Shown: piece after piece, positions 1-9,366 of the stretch
How the letters are laid out: every line of letters starts with the position of its first letter
How positions within the stretch are numbered: position 1 is the first letter of the stretch
Virus record (IMG/VR): IMGVR_UViG_3300025352_000001
Location: 1-37,315 of that record
Length of the DNA stretch: 37,315 nt
From: a virus
Lineage: Duplodnaviria > Caudoviricetes
Reading direction: 5' to 3' (one strand)
Translations under genes and position numbers: made by a program
Notes under the pieces: model-generated
Seen by the model: the letters and a program-made list of their open reading frames with translations, nothing else
Told to the model about the DNA's origin: nothing
Databases searched by the model: none

Positions 1-135
1 CAACCAGACAAGACGGGCGGCCATTCCGAGGCAGCGGACGCCCTCAGACAGCTCGCCCAAGCATACGCGGGAGGCTTGATAAACGTTGGTAAACAGACGA
101 AGCCGAAGCGGAGAGGGTCATGGAGGACAGTGTAA
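1..135 (+). CDS. Terminase large subunit, C-terminal fragment (5' truncated by the window)
   Basis: Frame 1 reads QPDKTGGHSEAADALRQLAQAYAGG...RRGSWRTV-stop. The HxxxxDAxR-type motif is typical of the TerL nuclease C-terminus, and the gene lies shortly upstream of the portal. Not in the ORF track. Confidence 0.7.
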   Translation, partial: QPDKTGGHSEAADALRQLAQAYAGGLINVGKQTKPKRRGSWRTV

Positions 136-172
136 ACCTGACCACCGACATACATCGACGTGGAGCTTGATC

Positions 173-622
173 GTGACGAATAAGCCAACAGAAGTGTTCA
201 TCGACTGCGAGTGGAACGGGTACGGGGGACAGTTGATCAGCATGGCCCTGGTCGATATTGAAGGCCGATCGCTCTACCTCTGCACCCCGCTGCAGGAAGA
301 GGCTGTCCCATGGGTAGATGAGAACGTGATCCCCGTGCTGGGCAGCCCTACCTTCGTGCCTGACATGCTGGAGTTCTCCATGGCGATACAGGAGTTCCTC
401 AAGCCATACGACGAGATCGAGATCATTTCAGACTGGCCCGAGGATATTGAGCGGTTCTGCCACGCGCTGATTGTGGGCCCGGGCGAGAGGATCAGGACGC
501 CGACGCTGAGCATGAGGATCATCCGGTACCTGGACAGCGATGAGTCTGCCATCCCCCACAATGCCCTCGAGGACGCCAGGGCGATCAAGGGGCTCTGGCT
601 GTCATTGGTATCAGACGTATAA
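173..622 (+). CDS. DEDDh 3'-5' exonuclease (RNase AS/DUF5051-like)
   Basis: Motifs FIDCEW (ExoI) and HNALEDAR (ExoIII). I prefer the GTG start at 173, after GGAG at 162-165, to the track's start at 86, which overlaps terL. Confidence 0.75.
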   Translation: MTNKPTEVFIDCEWNGYGGQLISMALVDIEGRSLYLCTPLQEEAVPWVDENVIPVLGSPTFVPDMLEFSMAIQEFLKPYDEIEIISDWPEDIERFCHALIVGPGERIRTPTLSMRIIRYLDSDESAIPHNALEDARAIKGLWLSLVSDV

Positions 623-656
623 AGTTTGCCTTACACTTGGCATGATGGAGCGCAAC

Positions 657-1079
657 ATGAGCGGACATACGCTGGACCTGACCCGGTACGCTTGGGTGAA
701 GCAGAAGGGTGACATCACCATTTATGGCACCTGGTTCGGCCCCAGTATCAGTGAGAGCGAGCCGTGCCTGGTCCTGGTGCCGACCTACCGACGAACCAAC
801 CATGAGACGGTGCTTCCATGTGTGGTGGCTCTCTCGGCGGCCTACAAGTACGATGACCCCAGGTATCTGCTCAGTGCAGCCATGCGATTTGCCAAGTACC
901 TCGGCCTTACGGACTCGATGCAGAGCACGATGAAGGTCGCGGATGCGATATTTGACCACCTGGACGACCTTGTTCATCTACCCGAGCGACCGTCCTATGG
1001 CCAAGCCGTTGGTGCCGATGCTGTGATTACCGACGACCAGGGACGCTCTTTCGAGTTCGAGATCCTGGAACACCACTAA
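657..1079 (+). CDS. Hypothetical phage protein upstream of the portal
   Basis: ATG at 657 is preceded by GGAG. Codon usage matches neighbours and the ORF fills the gap up to the portal gene. Confidence 0.7.
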   Translation: MSGHTLDLTRYAWVKQKGDITIYGTWFGPSISESEPCLVLVPTYRRTNHETVLPCVVALSAAYKYDDPRYLLSAAMRFAKYLGLTDSMQSTMKVADAIFDHLDDLVHLPERPSYGQAVGADAVITDDQGRSFEFEILEHH

Positions 1080-1089
1080 GGGGCTCCCG

Positions 1090-3339
1090 ATGTTCGAGAA
1101 TGAAAGGCATATTCGCCGCCCAGATCCCATGACAAACACGGGTGACCTGATTGGCGACGAGTATCTTCTGGACGACGATGATCCGGAGAACGAGCTCGAC
1201 TCGGCGGAGAATGAAGAACTCCACCGGAAACTGTTGAGCTACTACCGCCAGGAGATCGATCGGCAGGAAGAGAACCGCATCGAGATGGCGACCGATGCCG
1301 ACTTCTACGATCACATCCAATACACCGAGGAAGACGCCACCACCATGCGCGAGCGTGGCCAGGCGCCCCTGGTCTACAACGTCATATCCCAGTCGCTGAA
1401 CTGGATCATCGGGACCGAGAAGCGCGGACGCATCGACTTCAAGGTTCTACCCAGAGGCAAGGAAGACGCCAAGCCTGCCGAAAGCAAGACCTCCCTGCTC
1501 AAGTACCTGTCCGACGTGAACCGCACACCCTTCCACCGGTCGAGAGCCTTCGAGGATGCCGCCAAGGTAGGCGTCGGCTGGCTAGAGGACGGGGTGCAGG
1601 ACGATGACGACGGAGAGCCGATCTACAGTCGCTACGAGTCGTGGCGCAACATCTTGTGGGACAGCGCCTCCACCGAGGTAGACCTGGCAGATGCCCGCTA
1701 TGTGACACGCAGCAAGTGGGTTGACCTGGACGTGGCCATCGCCCTGTTCCCTGACCGCGAAGAGCTACTGAAACGCAGCGCGGCCGAGGAAAGCGCCTAT
1801 GGTACTGACGGCATTGGTCGCGACGCCGATATGCCGATGGACGAGCTCGAGATGCAGTTGGACATGCGCACCGACGGCATGACCGACGCCAGCTATCACC
1901 GCCGCCGCGTTCGCCTCATTGAGGTCTGGTTCCGCCGGCCAAAGCGCCGCAACAAGATCGTCTCCGGAGAATTCGTTGGTGAGGTATACGACGACAAGAA
2001 CCCTGAAATGAAAGCCAGCATTGAGGCCGGACAGTCTGTTGCCGCCGAGAAGCTGACCATGCGCGTGCATGCCGCGGTCATGACGACCAAGGGCTTCTGC
2101 TTCATGGACGAGACGCCCTACAAGCACAACCGATTCCCCTTCACGCCGATCTGGGGATACCGCCGAGATCGCGACAACATGCCCTATGGCGTCATCAGGG
2201 GTATGCGTGACATCCAGGAGGACATCAACAAACGAGCCTCCAAAGCGCTGTTCATCCTGTCCAGCAACAAGGTCGTAATGGACAAGGGCGCTGTCGACGA
2301 CATCAACGAGCTCGCTGAGGAAGTGGCGCGGCCGGACGGCATCATCGTCAAGAACCCCAACAAGATCCTTGAGCTCAACATCGATCGCGATCTGGCCCCG
2401 GCCCACCTGGACATGATGTCTCGGAACATCAGCATGATCCAGCAGGTCTCAGGCGTCACAGATGAGCTGATGGGCCGACAGACCAACGCGCAATCAGGGA
2501 AGGCAGTGGAGGCCCGCCAGGAGCAGGGCATGATGTCCACGGCCAAGCTGTTCGACAACATGCGCCTGGCCACGCAGATCCAGGGTGAGACGCAGCTATC
2601 CCTGGTCGAGCAGTATTTCACCGAGAACAAGGTATTCCGGATCACCAACCAGCGGGGCAGTGCAGACTTCGTCGAGATCAACGATGGGCTCCCTGAGCAC
2701 GACATCACGAAGACCAAGGCCGACTTCATCATTTCCGAGGACGAGTGGCGTGCCACACTGCGCCAGAACCAGGCCGAGCAGTTAATGGAGATGGTCACCC
2801 GCCTGCCGCCTGAGGTATCGATCGTCATGATGGACCTGATTGTCGAGGCCATGGATATTCCGAACCGCGACGAGATCGTGAAGCGTATTCGCCAGGTCAC
2901 TGGTCAGCGCGACCCGGACGCCACCGAGCTCTCACCGGAAGAGCAGCAAGCGCAAGAGGACGCGGCATACCAGAAGCGGATGCAGAAGCAGATGCTCGAG
3001 GCGGAACTGCGCAAGTCCCTCGCCGAAGCCGGCAAGTCAGAAGCCGAGGCCAGCAAGACCGCCGCCGAGATCGCGGACTCCAACATGGACGCCCACGAGA
3101 CCGCTCTCATGGCCGCTCAGGAGGCCCTCAAGGCACCCGAGATCGCCCGCATGGCCGACCGCCTTCTCAGGGAGGCCGGGTACTTGTCACGCACCGAGCA
3201 GGAGGCCGCGGCTCAGGCTCAGGCTCAGCAGCAAGCCGAGCAGCAAGCCGAGCAGCAAGCCATGGCTGAGCAGCAGCAAGAACAGCAGGGCGCACCCCAG
3301 CAGGGTATGCCTCCTGGCGGACAGCAGCCGCCGATGTAA
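1090..3339 (+). CDS. Portal protein (P22/933W/Bcep22-type)
   Basis: 749 aa with motifs DFYDHIQY, RGQAPLVYNVI, GVGW, RFPFTPIWGY, YGVIRGMRDIQEDINKRASKAL and SGKAVEARQEQG, a Q-rich C-terminal coil, and a position after the terminase. Confidence 0.9.
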   Translation: MFENERHIRRPDPMTNTGDLIGDEYLLDDDDPENELDSAENEELHRKLLSYYRQEIDRQEENRIEMATDADFYDHIQYTEEDATTMRERGQAPLVYNVISQSLNWIIGTEKRGRIDFKVLPRGKEDAKPAESKTSLLKYLSDVNRTPFHRSRAFEDAAKVGVGWLEDGVQDDDDGEPIYSRYESWRNILWDSASTEVDLADARYVTRSKWVDLDVAIALFPDREELLKRSAAEESAYGTDGIGRDADMPMDELEMQLDMRTDGMTDASYHRRRVRLIEVWFRRPKRRNKIVSGEFVGEVYDDKNPEMKASIEAGQSVAAEKLTMRVHAAVMTTKGFCFMDETPYKHNRFPFTPIWGYRRDRDNMPYGVIRGMRDIQEDINKRASKALFILSSNKVVMDKGAVDDINELAEEVARPDGIIVKNPNKILELNIDRDLAPAHLDMMSRNISMIQQVSGVTDELMGRQTNAQSGKAVEARQEQGMMSTAKLFDNMRLATQIQGETQLSLVEQYFTENKVFRITNQRGSADFVEINDGLPEHDITKTKADFIISEDEWRATLRQNQAEQLMEMVTRLPPEVSIVMMDLIVEAMDIPNRDEIVKRIRQVTGQRDPDATELSPEEQQAQEDAAYQKRMQKQMLEAELRKSLAEAGKSEAEASKTAAEIADSNMDAHETALMAAQEALKAPEIARMADRLLREAGYLSRTEQEAAAQAQAQQQAEQQAEQQAMAEQQQEQQGAPQQGMPPGGQQPPM

Positions 3340-3357
3340 CCGAAGAGGACAGTAACG

Positions 3358-3639
3358 ATGGAAAATCAACATAGAGAAATATCAGGCTACCGGGATCTGA
3401 CCCATGATGAGATCGACCTGATGAACGAGGTCAAGGACATCGAGGCCAAAGTCCTGTCCATCCAGAAAAGGATCATGCGCCAGCTCTCCGCCCAGGAAGA
3501 GAGCGGCACACCGGAAGACAAGCACCGTCTACAGGAAGCCCTCGCTCACCGATGGGCTCAGATTGCTCGGACGGACCTTGAGAAAGGTTTCATGGCGCTG
3601 GTGAGAGCCGTCGCCCAACCCCAGCCGAGAGAGGAATAA
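3358..3639 (+). CDS. acb2: Acb2-like anti-CBASS cyclic oligonucleotide sponge protein
   Basis: MENQHREISGYRDLTHDEIDLMNEVK...RWAQIARTDLEKGFMALVRAVAQP matches the Acb2 pattern as I recall it (NQHxxIxGYRDLxxxEIDxMN; RWxxIxxTD..GxMAxxRAxAQP). A GAGGA RBS is present. Confidence 0.88.
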   Translation: MENQHREISGYRDLTHDEIDLMNEVKDIEAKVLSIQKRIMRQLSAQEESGTPEDKHRLQEALAHRWAQIARTDLEKGFMALVRAVAQPQPREE

Positions 3640-3641
3640 CC

Positions 3642-4637
3642 ATGGCTAAGCTGAGTGAAGAAGAGCTCGCCCTCCTGACCGCCGATGAGCGCCGCATCCT
3701 CGAGGAGCTCGGAGACGAGTACGACGAGGACAACGAAGACCCCCCCATGGAGGCGGACGATGATCCGAACGAGTTCGAGGGTGCTAAAGAGTTTGAGGAC
3801 GAGCCTGACAAACCTGCTCAGGGAGACGGCGATGATGATGCTCCCTCCGCCAAAGATGATGGAGAGGAGACTGACAAGGCCGCAGATGGTGAGACGGACA
3901 AAGCCGCAGAGGGTGAGGCCGCCCCAGCCAAGGAGGAGCCCCAGAAGGAAGAGCAACATCGCCCCGATGAACAGTCGACCCCGCGCCTAGAATACGACCT
4001 CCCTGACGACTACGAGGACCAACTCAAGGCGTTCAATGACCAGCGTACCAAGCTGGACGTGGATTTCGATGATGGCGAACTGACCAGCATCGAGTATCGT
4101 CAGCAGTTGCGCGAGATCGATGCCCAGGACAGGGAGCTCCGGGACAAAGTCACAAAGTCCGAGCTGGCCAATGACTGGAACCAGAAGAGGGATCAACAGG
4201 AATGGTTCAACCGCTGCGAAGCCTTCCTGGATGCCAACCCGCTTTATCATGCAAGCGAGGCGCTGAGAGAGGGGCTCAACTCTGCCGTCAAAAAGATCGC
4301 CAACAGCGATGAAGTTGTCGGCATGTCGGGCCAGGACATTCTCGAGAAGGCCCACGAGAGTGTCACCAGCAGCCCGGAGGTTGCGGCCCTGTTCGATGGG
4401 TACAAGGCAGGGCAAAAGCAGGACCCGGTCAAGGGGGAAGAGGCGGCCGTGAAGCAGGCGGCTCGCCGCGATGTCCCGCCGACGCTTAACAGGGTTCCAG
4501 CCTCCGACCTGACCGATACAAACGAAGGGTCGCGATTCGGCAAACTGGATAAGCTAGAAGGTCTCGAGTTTGAGCATGAGCTTCAAAAACTCAGCGCGAC
4601 AAACCCAACGGCCTATGAAGAGTATTTGAACTCGTAA
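3642..4637 (+). CDS. Putative capsid scaffolding protein
   Basis: Very acidic, disordered N-terminus plus coiled coil and a PPTL motif near the C-terminus. It lies between portal and capsid genes. Confidence 0.7.
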   Translation: MAKLSEEELALLTADERRILEELGDEYDEDNEDPPMEADDDPNEFEGAKEFEDEPDKPAQGDGDDDAPSAKDDGEETDKAADGETDKAAEGEAAPAKEEPQKEEQHRPDEQSTPRLEYDLPDDYEDQLKAFNDQRTKLDVDFDDGELTSIEYRQQLREIDAQDRELRDKVTKSELANDWNQKRDQQEWFNRCEAFLDANPLYHASEALREGLNSAVKKIANSDEVVGMSGQDILEKAHESVTSSPEVAALFDGYKAGQKQDPVKGEEAAVKQAARRDVPPTLNRVPASDLTDTNEGSRFGKLDKLEGLEFEHELQKLSATNPTAYEEYLNS

Positions 4638-4652
4638 CCGACAAGGTGCTGG

Positions 4653-4856
4653 ATGAGCACATTGAAACTCGAGGTTCGACCAGGGGAAACGATCGCGATA
4701 GGTGACAGCGTGACCGTTACTCTGGAAGAGAAGTCTGGCCAGGTCGCCAGGCTCAGCTTCGAGGCTGATCGCAGCATCCCGATACGCAAAGAGAGGGGTA
4801 ATACGGAGTCAATCGCCGCCAGAGACGGCTTGGGCGTCAGACAGTCAGTTCCTTGA
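4653..4856 (+). CDS. CsrA/RsmA-like small RNA-binding protein
   Basis: LEVRPGETIAIGDSVTVTL...QVARLSFEADRSIPIRKE aligns by eye with the CsrA pattern (RRxGETLxIGDxVTVTV...VRIGxxAP). Confidence 0.7.
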   Translation: MSTLKLEVRPGETIAIGDSVTVTLEEKSGQVARLSFEADRSIPIRKERGNTESIAARDGLGVRQSVP

Positions 4857-4905
4857 CAAAATGCTGAAATTGCTATATTACCTACTACTGAACGATAGTA
4901 TAACA
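4853..4905 (+). promoter_or_regulatory. Candidate sigma70-like promoter for the capsid operon
   Basis: TTGACA at 4853-4858 and an extended -10 TGCTATATT at 4871-4879 (spacer only 15 bp), plus TATAAC at 4899-4904. These lie in a conspicuously AT-rich intergenic tract. Confidence 0.45.
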
Positions 4906-4972
4906 GTCCAATGGAGCATGAGTTCCTGAGCGGATGGTGAAACTTCATACATACTCAGCGAGGCCAGCTCCA

Positions 4973-6073
4973 ATGGCACAGACTATTTTCGGGAAGAACG
5001 ATCCCAAAACGCAGAAGAAGTGGTCCGCGGCGCTCGCCGTCGACCAGGCCAAAAAGTCCTACTTCGAGAAGAAGTTTATCGGCGAGGGTGATAATGCGGT
5101 CATCCAGCGGAAAACCGAGCTCGAAACTGCGCCTGGTGACCGGATCTCATTCGACCTCTCCGTTCAGCTTCGCGGTCAGGCCACAGAGGGCGATGCACGC
5201 CTCGAAGGCAAGGAAGAGCAACTGCGCTTCTACACCGACGAAGTGATGATCGACCAGACTCGTCACGCGGTATCCGCTGGCGGCCAGATGACCCGCAAGC
5301 GTACCAGCATCAACCTCCGCCAAACCGCCAAGAACCGGCTGTCCGACTACTGGTCCATGTTCATGGACGAGCTGACGTTCATCTACTTGTCCGGCGCTCG
5401 CGGCATCAACCCTGACTTCAACTTCCCGTTGGCCTGGAATGGTCGCGCAGGCAATGCCCTACAGGCGCCTGACGCTGCCCATACCCTGTATGGCGGTGAT
5501 GCCACGCAGAAGTCTGATCTGGTCGCGGCCGACAAGATGAGTCGTGAGCTCATTGAGCGTGCCGAGGTCAAGGCCACCATGCTGCAGGCGCAGGACCCTG
5601 AGTCGGCCAACATGGTCCCCGTGTCGATCGAAGGTGAGGATCGTTACATTTGCATCATGTCGCCGTTCCAGGCCCACGACCTTCGCATGGGGTCGACTGG
5701 AGGCGAGTGGCTCGACATCCAGAAGGCCGCCGCCGCCGCCGAGGGCAGCAGCAACAGGCTGTTCAAGGGGGGTCTGGGCATGATTGGTGGTGTCGTGCTG
5801 CACAAGCACCGCAACGCGATCCGCTTCAACGACTTCGGCTCTGGTAACGACGTGTCCGCGGGACGTGCGCTGTTCATGGGTCGTCAGGCCGGCGTCATCG
5901 CCTACGGCACCAGTGGCGGGATGCGCTGGTCCTGGAAGGAGAAGATGAAGGATTACGACAACGAACCCACCGTTGCCGCGGGGTCGATCTTCGGTTGCAA
6001 GAAGACTCGTTTCAACAACCAGGATTTCGGCGTTCTGTCTCTCGACACTGCCGCCACCGATCCGAACGCATAA
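4973..6073 (+). CDS. Major capsid protein, N4-gp56/DUF4043 family
   Basis: Motifs KKWSAAL, GDRISFDLSVQL, IDQTRHAVSAGG, LFKGGLGMIGGVVL, RALFMGRQAG and KKTRFNNQDFGV. ATG at 4973 follows GAGG; the track starts at 4934. Confidence 0.92.
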   Translation: MAQTIFGKNDPKTQKKWSAALAVDQAKKSYFEKKFIGEGDNAVIQRKTELETAPGDRISFDLSVQLRGQATEGDARLEGKEEQLRFYTDEVMIDQTRHAVSAGGQMTRKRTSINLRQTAKNRLSDYWSMFMDELTFIYLSGARGINPDFNFPLAWNGRAGNALQAPDAAHTLYGGDATQKSDLVAADKMSRELIERAEVKATMLQAQDPESANMVPVSIEGEDRYICIMSPFQAHDLRMGSTGGEWLDIQKAAAAAEGSSNRLFKGGLGMIGGVVLHKHRNAIRFNDFGSGNDVSAGRALFMGRQAGVIAYGTSGGMRWSWKEKMKDYDNEPTVAAGSIFGCKKTRFNNQDFGVLSLDTAATDPNA

Positions 6074-6124
6074 GACGGAGCCGGCCTAGAGCCGGCCCTC
6101 TTCTGAGACTTATGGAGAACGAAG

Positions 6125-6559
6125 ATGCCCTTGATTCAATCTGAACACGCAAAAGGCCGGAAGCAGGCGCCCTACGCTGCCGAAGCCGGCAATGTCGTCG
6201 CTGCTCGCTACGAGATCGACCTGGCCGCCGCCACCGATGTCATCGAGCTCGGCATCCTGCCCGCGTACTGCCGCATCGTTGACGCCACGCTGGTCACCGA
6301 TGGTCTAGGCGGCGCCGTGACTGCCGATGTTGGCGTCATGTCCGACGTGCCGGGCGAAACGACCGCTTCAACTACCGTGGGTGTCGAGATCTTCGATGCC
6401 GCTGACACGGCTGCCGCCGGTATTGACCGACTCACGAACCAGGCCGCCCTGCTTCTGGAGGGAGTGGATACAGATCGCGCGATCGGCATGACCGTCAGCG
6501 CATCGGCTACCGGGACAGTGATCCTGATCCTGCAATATGCCGCAACCGGCGACTACTAA
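6125..6559 (+). CDS. Putative capsid decoration/cement protein
   Basis: 144-aa beta-rich A/T/V/D protein directly after the MCP, with DVIELGILPA and a GGAG RBS. Confidence 0.6.
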   Translation: MPLIQSEHAKGRKQAPYAAEAGNVVAARYEIDLAAATDVIELGILPAYCRIVDATLVTDGLGGAVTADVGVMSDVPGETTASTTVGVEIFDAADTAAAGIDRLTNQAALLLEGVDTDRAIGMTVSASATGTVILILQYAATGDY

Positions 6560-6581
6560 ACCGGAGATGACGTAGACTGAA

Positions 6582-6606
6582 AGGGCGGCCATGTGCCGCC
6601 CTATTC
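6582..6606 (+). terminator. Stem-loop, probable (partial) intrinsic terminator
   Basis: AGGGCGGC-CATGT-GCCGCCCT forms a perfect 8-bp stem after the high-copy capsid genes. The U-tract is weak (ATTC). Confidence 0.55.
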
Positions 6607-6624
6607 AGATGAGAGGACATAACG

Positions 6625-6987
6625 ATGAAGATCCAGTGCAAGATCAAGCGAAAAGCGGGTAGTCAAGTAACGATGGGGGAGGAGACCTACGACTTCCAGC
6701 CGGACGAGACGGGCCGCCACGTCGCCGAGGTCGATGACCAGGAGCATATTGACCGCCTGCTCTCTATCAACACTTTCACCGCCCTTGAGGGCGACGAGCC
6801 GGCCGCTCATGTCACGCCGGGTCAAGATTACGGCTACTACCAGCCCAAGCCCGCGATCAAGGCGGAGACCGGCACAGAGATCGACCAGGCGCGAGAGGCG
6901 TATCAGGACGCCTTCGGCCGGAAAGCGCATCACCTGGCCAAGTCGTCGACCTTGTGGCGCCAGATCAATGAGCGGGATGAATCATGA
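6625..6987 (+). CDS. Hypothetical virion-associated protein
   Basis: GAGAGGA RBS, and the stop overlaps the next start (ATGA). Confidence 0.7.
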   Translation: MKIQCKIKRKAGSQVTMGEETYDFQPDETGRHVAEVDDQEHIDRLLSINTFTALEGDEPAAHVTPGQDYGYYQPKPAIKAETGTEIDQAREAYQDAFGRKAHHLAKSSTLWRQINERDES

Positions 6988-7601
6988 TTGATGTGGATGA
7001 CATCCTCCGTCGAACGAGCACGCTTCTGCTCGACCAGACTTTCATACGCTGGACGAAGCCCGAGCAACTGGACTGGATCTACGACGCGATGACCGCAATC
7101 ATCGTTCGTAATCCTGGCTCGATCGCCGCCCTCGAGACGGTAGTTCTGTCGGAAGGGGTGAAGCACACCCTGGAAGCCGACGGGATCATGGATGTTATCC
7201 GCGTGCTCCCAAGTGGTAGACCCCTGAGCCTCGCCAGCCGGTATCACCTGGATACGGCCGACCCGGACTGGTATGGGAAAAAGCCGACATCGAAGCTCAT
7301 CCACTACACCTACGATGAGCGTGCAGAAAACATCATCTACACCTACCCGCCGGCCGCCGACGGTACAGAGGTTGAGGTCCTATCCTGGCGGATACCGACC
7401 GCCAAGCCGACCGAGGGTGGGACGATCGATATTGGCCTCGAATACATCAATGCTGTCGTCAACTTCGTGGTCTTCCGGGCGCTCTCGAAGGACAGCGAAT
7501 ACGGCAACGGCCAGATCGCCGCAGGCTACTACAATCTCTTCAATTCCGAACTGGGGGCAGAGAGCTCCGCAGCGACGACCCCGCCCAAAGGTGAGCCATG
7601 A
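6984..7601 (+). CDS. Putative head-tail adaptor protein
   Basis: LLLDQTFIRWTKPEQLDW, YTYPPA and FRALSKDSEY resemble podovirus adaptor proteins. Translationally coupled at both ends. Confidence 0.6.
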   Translation: MIDVDDILRRTSTLLLDQTFIRWTKPEQLDWIYDAMTAIIVRNPGSIAALETVVLSEGVKHTLEADGIMDVIRVLPSGRPLSLASRYHLDTADPDWYGKKPTSKLIHYTYDERAENIIYTYPPAADGTEVEVLSWRIPTAKPTEGGTIDIGLEYINAVVNFVVFRALSKDSEYGNGQIAAGYYNLFNSELGAESSAATTPPKGEP

Positions 7602-8212
7602 AAGACCTGGACGCAATCATGCGCCGAGTGATGCCCCGCGTTGTCGGCGCCGCCCATCCGGTCGTGGTGCAGGCCGTCAGGGATGCCGCGAGCGAGTTCT
7701 GCCGCCGGACCCGGCTATGGCGTGAAGAAGACGAATTCCAGATCAGCAACGAGGGATTTGAGTACATTGCAGTCCCGCCTGAAGCCAATGTCTTCGAGAT
7801 CGAATCAGCCAGCTTTGAAGGCCAGTTGATCGAGCCGGCATCGATTGCCTGGCTGGACGACAACATCGCTGGATGGCGGACCCTGACCGATGCCGCTTCC
7901 AAGTGGTTCACGCAGTCATCCCCCGGACAGATCCACCTGGTTCCGGCGATGGCTGGAAAGGTCGAGTTGAAGCTGATCCTCGAGCCAGCAGATGACGCTG
8001 ACCGGCTTCCTGACTTCATCGTGGACCTACATGCCCCTATCATCGCTGACGGCGCTCTCGCAGACCTGTACGCGATGCCTGCCGACTACGGGAATCCTGG
8101 CCTGGCCCAATACCACGCCTCTCGATTCCAGAGCCGACTCGACACCCTGACCGGCGCCGAGCTGAGAGGCCAGCAAGGTGCTGTCATCCGCACCAGGCCA
8201 CAATTCCTTTAA
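7598..8212 (+). CDS. Putative head-tail adaptor/tail tubular protein
   Basis: EFCRRTRLWR, IADGALADLYAMP and NPGLAQY motifs, plus synteny. Confidence 0.6.
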   Translation: MKDLDAIMRRVMPRVVGAAHPVVVQAVRDAASEFCRRTRLWREEDEFQISNEGFEYIAVPPEANVFEIESASFEGQLIEPASIAWLDDNIAGWRTLTDAASKWFTQSSPGQIHLVPAMAGKVELKLILEPADDADRLPDFIVDLHAPIIADGALADLYAMPADYGNPGLAQYHASRFQSRLDTLTGAELRGQQGAVIRTRPQFL

Positions 8213-8225
8213 GTGAGAGACCGCC

Positions 8226-8645
8226 ATGAGCGCATCGCAGTACACCATCGACAACATTCTCGACGCGCTGATGCGTAACGGGACATTCGTCGCACCCGCA
8301 CAGCTATGGGTCTCGCTGCATACTGGCGACCCTGGCGATGCTGGCGCAAACGAGGTCACCGGGACCGAGTGGTCGTCATACGTCCGCCGCGACTCCCTGC
8401 AGAGCGATACCAAGGCAAATGCATGGGCCGCCCCTGACCCGAATGACATCGTGTGGAACCAGAAGCAGCTTATCTACCCGGTCTTCGATGGGCCATCTGC
8501 CATCACAATCACCTACTTTGGGATCTGGGACGCAGAAACCGTGGGGAACTTCCTCACCTATGGCGTCCTGACTACGCCCAGGACTATCGACTCGAGCCAG
8601 GTTTTTGTCGCGGACAGGGACAAACTCGGCGTCAAGGTTCAGTAA
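8226..8645 (+). CDS. Tail-fibre-associated structural protein
   Basis: VSLHTGDPG...NEV and ITYFGIWDA.T.GNFL motifs, common in small phage tail proteins. Confidence 0.6.
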   Translation: MSASQYTIDNILDALMRNGTFVAPAQLWVSLHTGDPGDAGANEVTGTEWSSYVRRDSLQSDTKANAWAAPDPNDIVWNQKQLIYPVFDGPSAITITYFGIWDAETVGNFLTYGVLTTPRTIDSSQVFVADRDKLGVKVQ

Positions 8646-8646
8646 C

Positions 8647-9366
8647 GTGAAGTCAGGTCTCAACAGTCAGCGTCTGAACCAGATCGCGGTAAATGAGACC
8701 CGTCGTGGGCTCTCTCTCTTCGAGGGCGTGATCGACATCGAGATGGTAGCCAGCGGCAGCGGCCTCGTGAGCCCCGGCAGCGATGGCCTGTCTCTCATCG
8801 AGATGGTAGTCAGCGGCAGCGGAAATGTCAGTGTTGGCAGCCAGGGGACGGCTGTCATCGAGATCCCAGCGACGGGCGAAGCCCTGATCTTTGAAACAGT
8901 CGGTGCCGAAAGTGTATCGACCATCGAGATGGCGTTGCAGGGTGACCTGGACCTGAGCCCTGGAAGCGACGGCCTGTCTCTCATCGACATGGTGGCCACC
9001 GGCAGAGGAACGGTGAGCCCGGCGAGCGACGGTCTAGCGGTTATCAGCCTGGACGCCATGTTTGAAGCCACCATGGTCACGGCTATTTCAGCAGACCCGG
9101 TCGTCGCGGTAATTTCCCTCGTTGACCATGGGGACTTGGTTCTAAGCCCCGGCAGTGATGGCGTGGCAGTGATAGACTTCGAGACACAGGTGAGCCCCCT
9201 GGCGATACCGGAAAAGCCGGATTTCTACGCAGTGGTCCCGCCGGCAAGAGATCTTGGAGTTGGTCACCGGGAGACCTTCACTGTCGACGCTGGACACCGA
9301 ACGATCGAGATTGCAGATGGGCGACGAGAAGTAGAGGTTCGTCGTAACAGGAGGCTAAGGCCGTGA
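8647..9366 (+). CDS. Repetitive beta-rich tail structural protein
   Basis: Repeated ~20-aa units (VSPGSDGLSLIEM/DM). A GTG start at 8647, just after the previous stop, is more plausible than 8605. Confidence 0.6.
   Translation: MKSGLNSQRLNQIAVNETRRGLSLFEGVIDIEMVASGSGLVSPGSDGLSLIEMVVSGSGNVSVGSQGTAVIEIPATGEALIFETVGAESVSTIEMALQGDLDLSPGSDGLSLIDMVATGRGTVSPASDGLAVISLDAMFEATMVTAISADPVVAVISLVDHGDLVLSPGSDGVAVIDFETQVSPLAIPEKPDFYAVVPPARDLGVGHRETFTVDAGHRTIEIADGRREVEVRRNRRLRP

Noticed and set aside
3211-3300. CAGCAAGCCGAG repeats at the portal 3' end
   Set aside because: This is an ordinary low-complexity Q/A/E tail, common in this portal type.
6079-6104. GCCGGC-CTAGA-GCCGGC hairpin after the capsid gene as a terminator
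   Set aside because: It has only a 6-bp stem with no real U-tract. It could be a stability element but cannot be supported.
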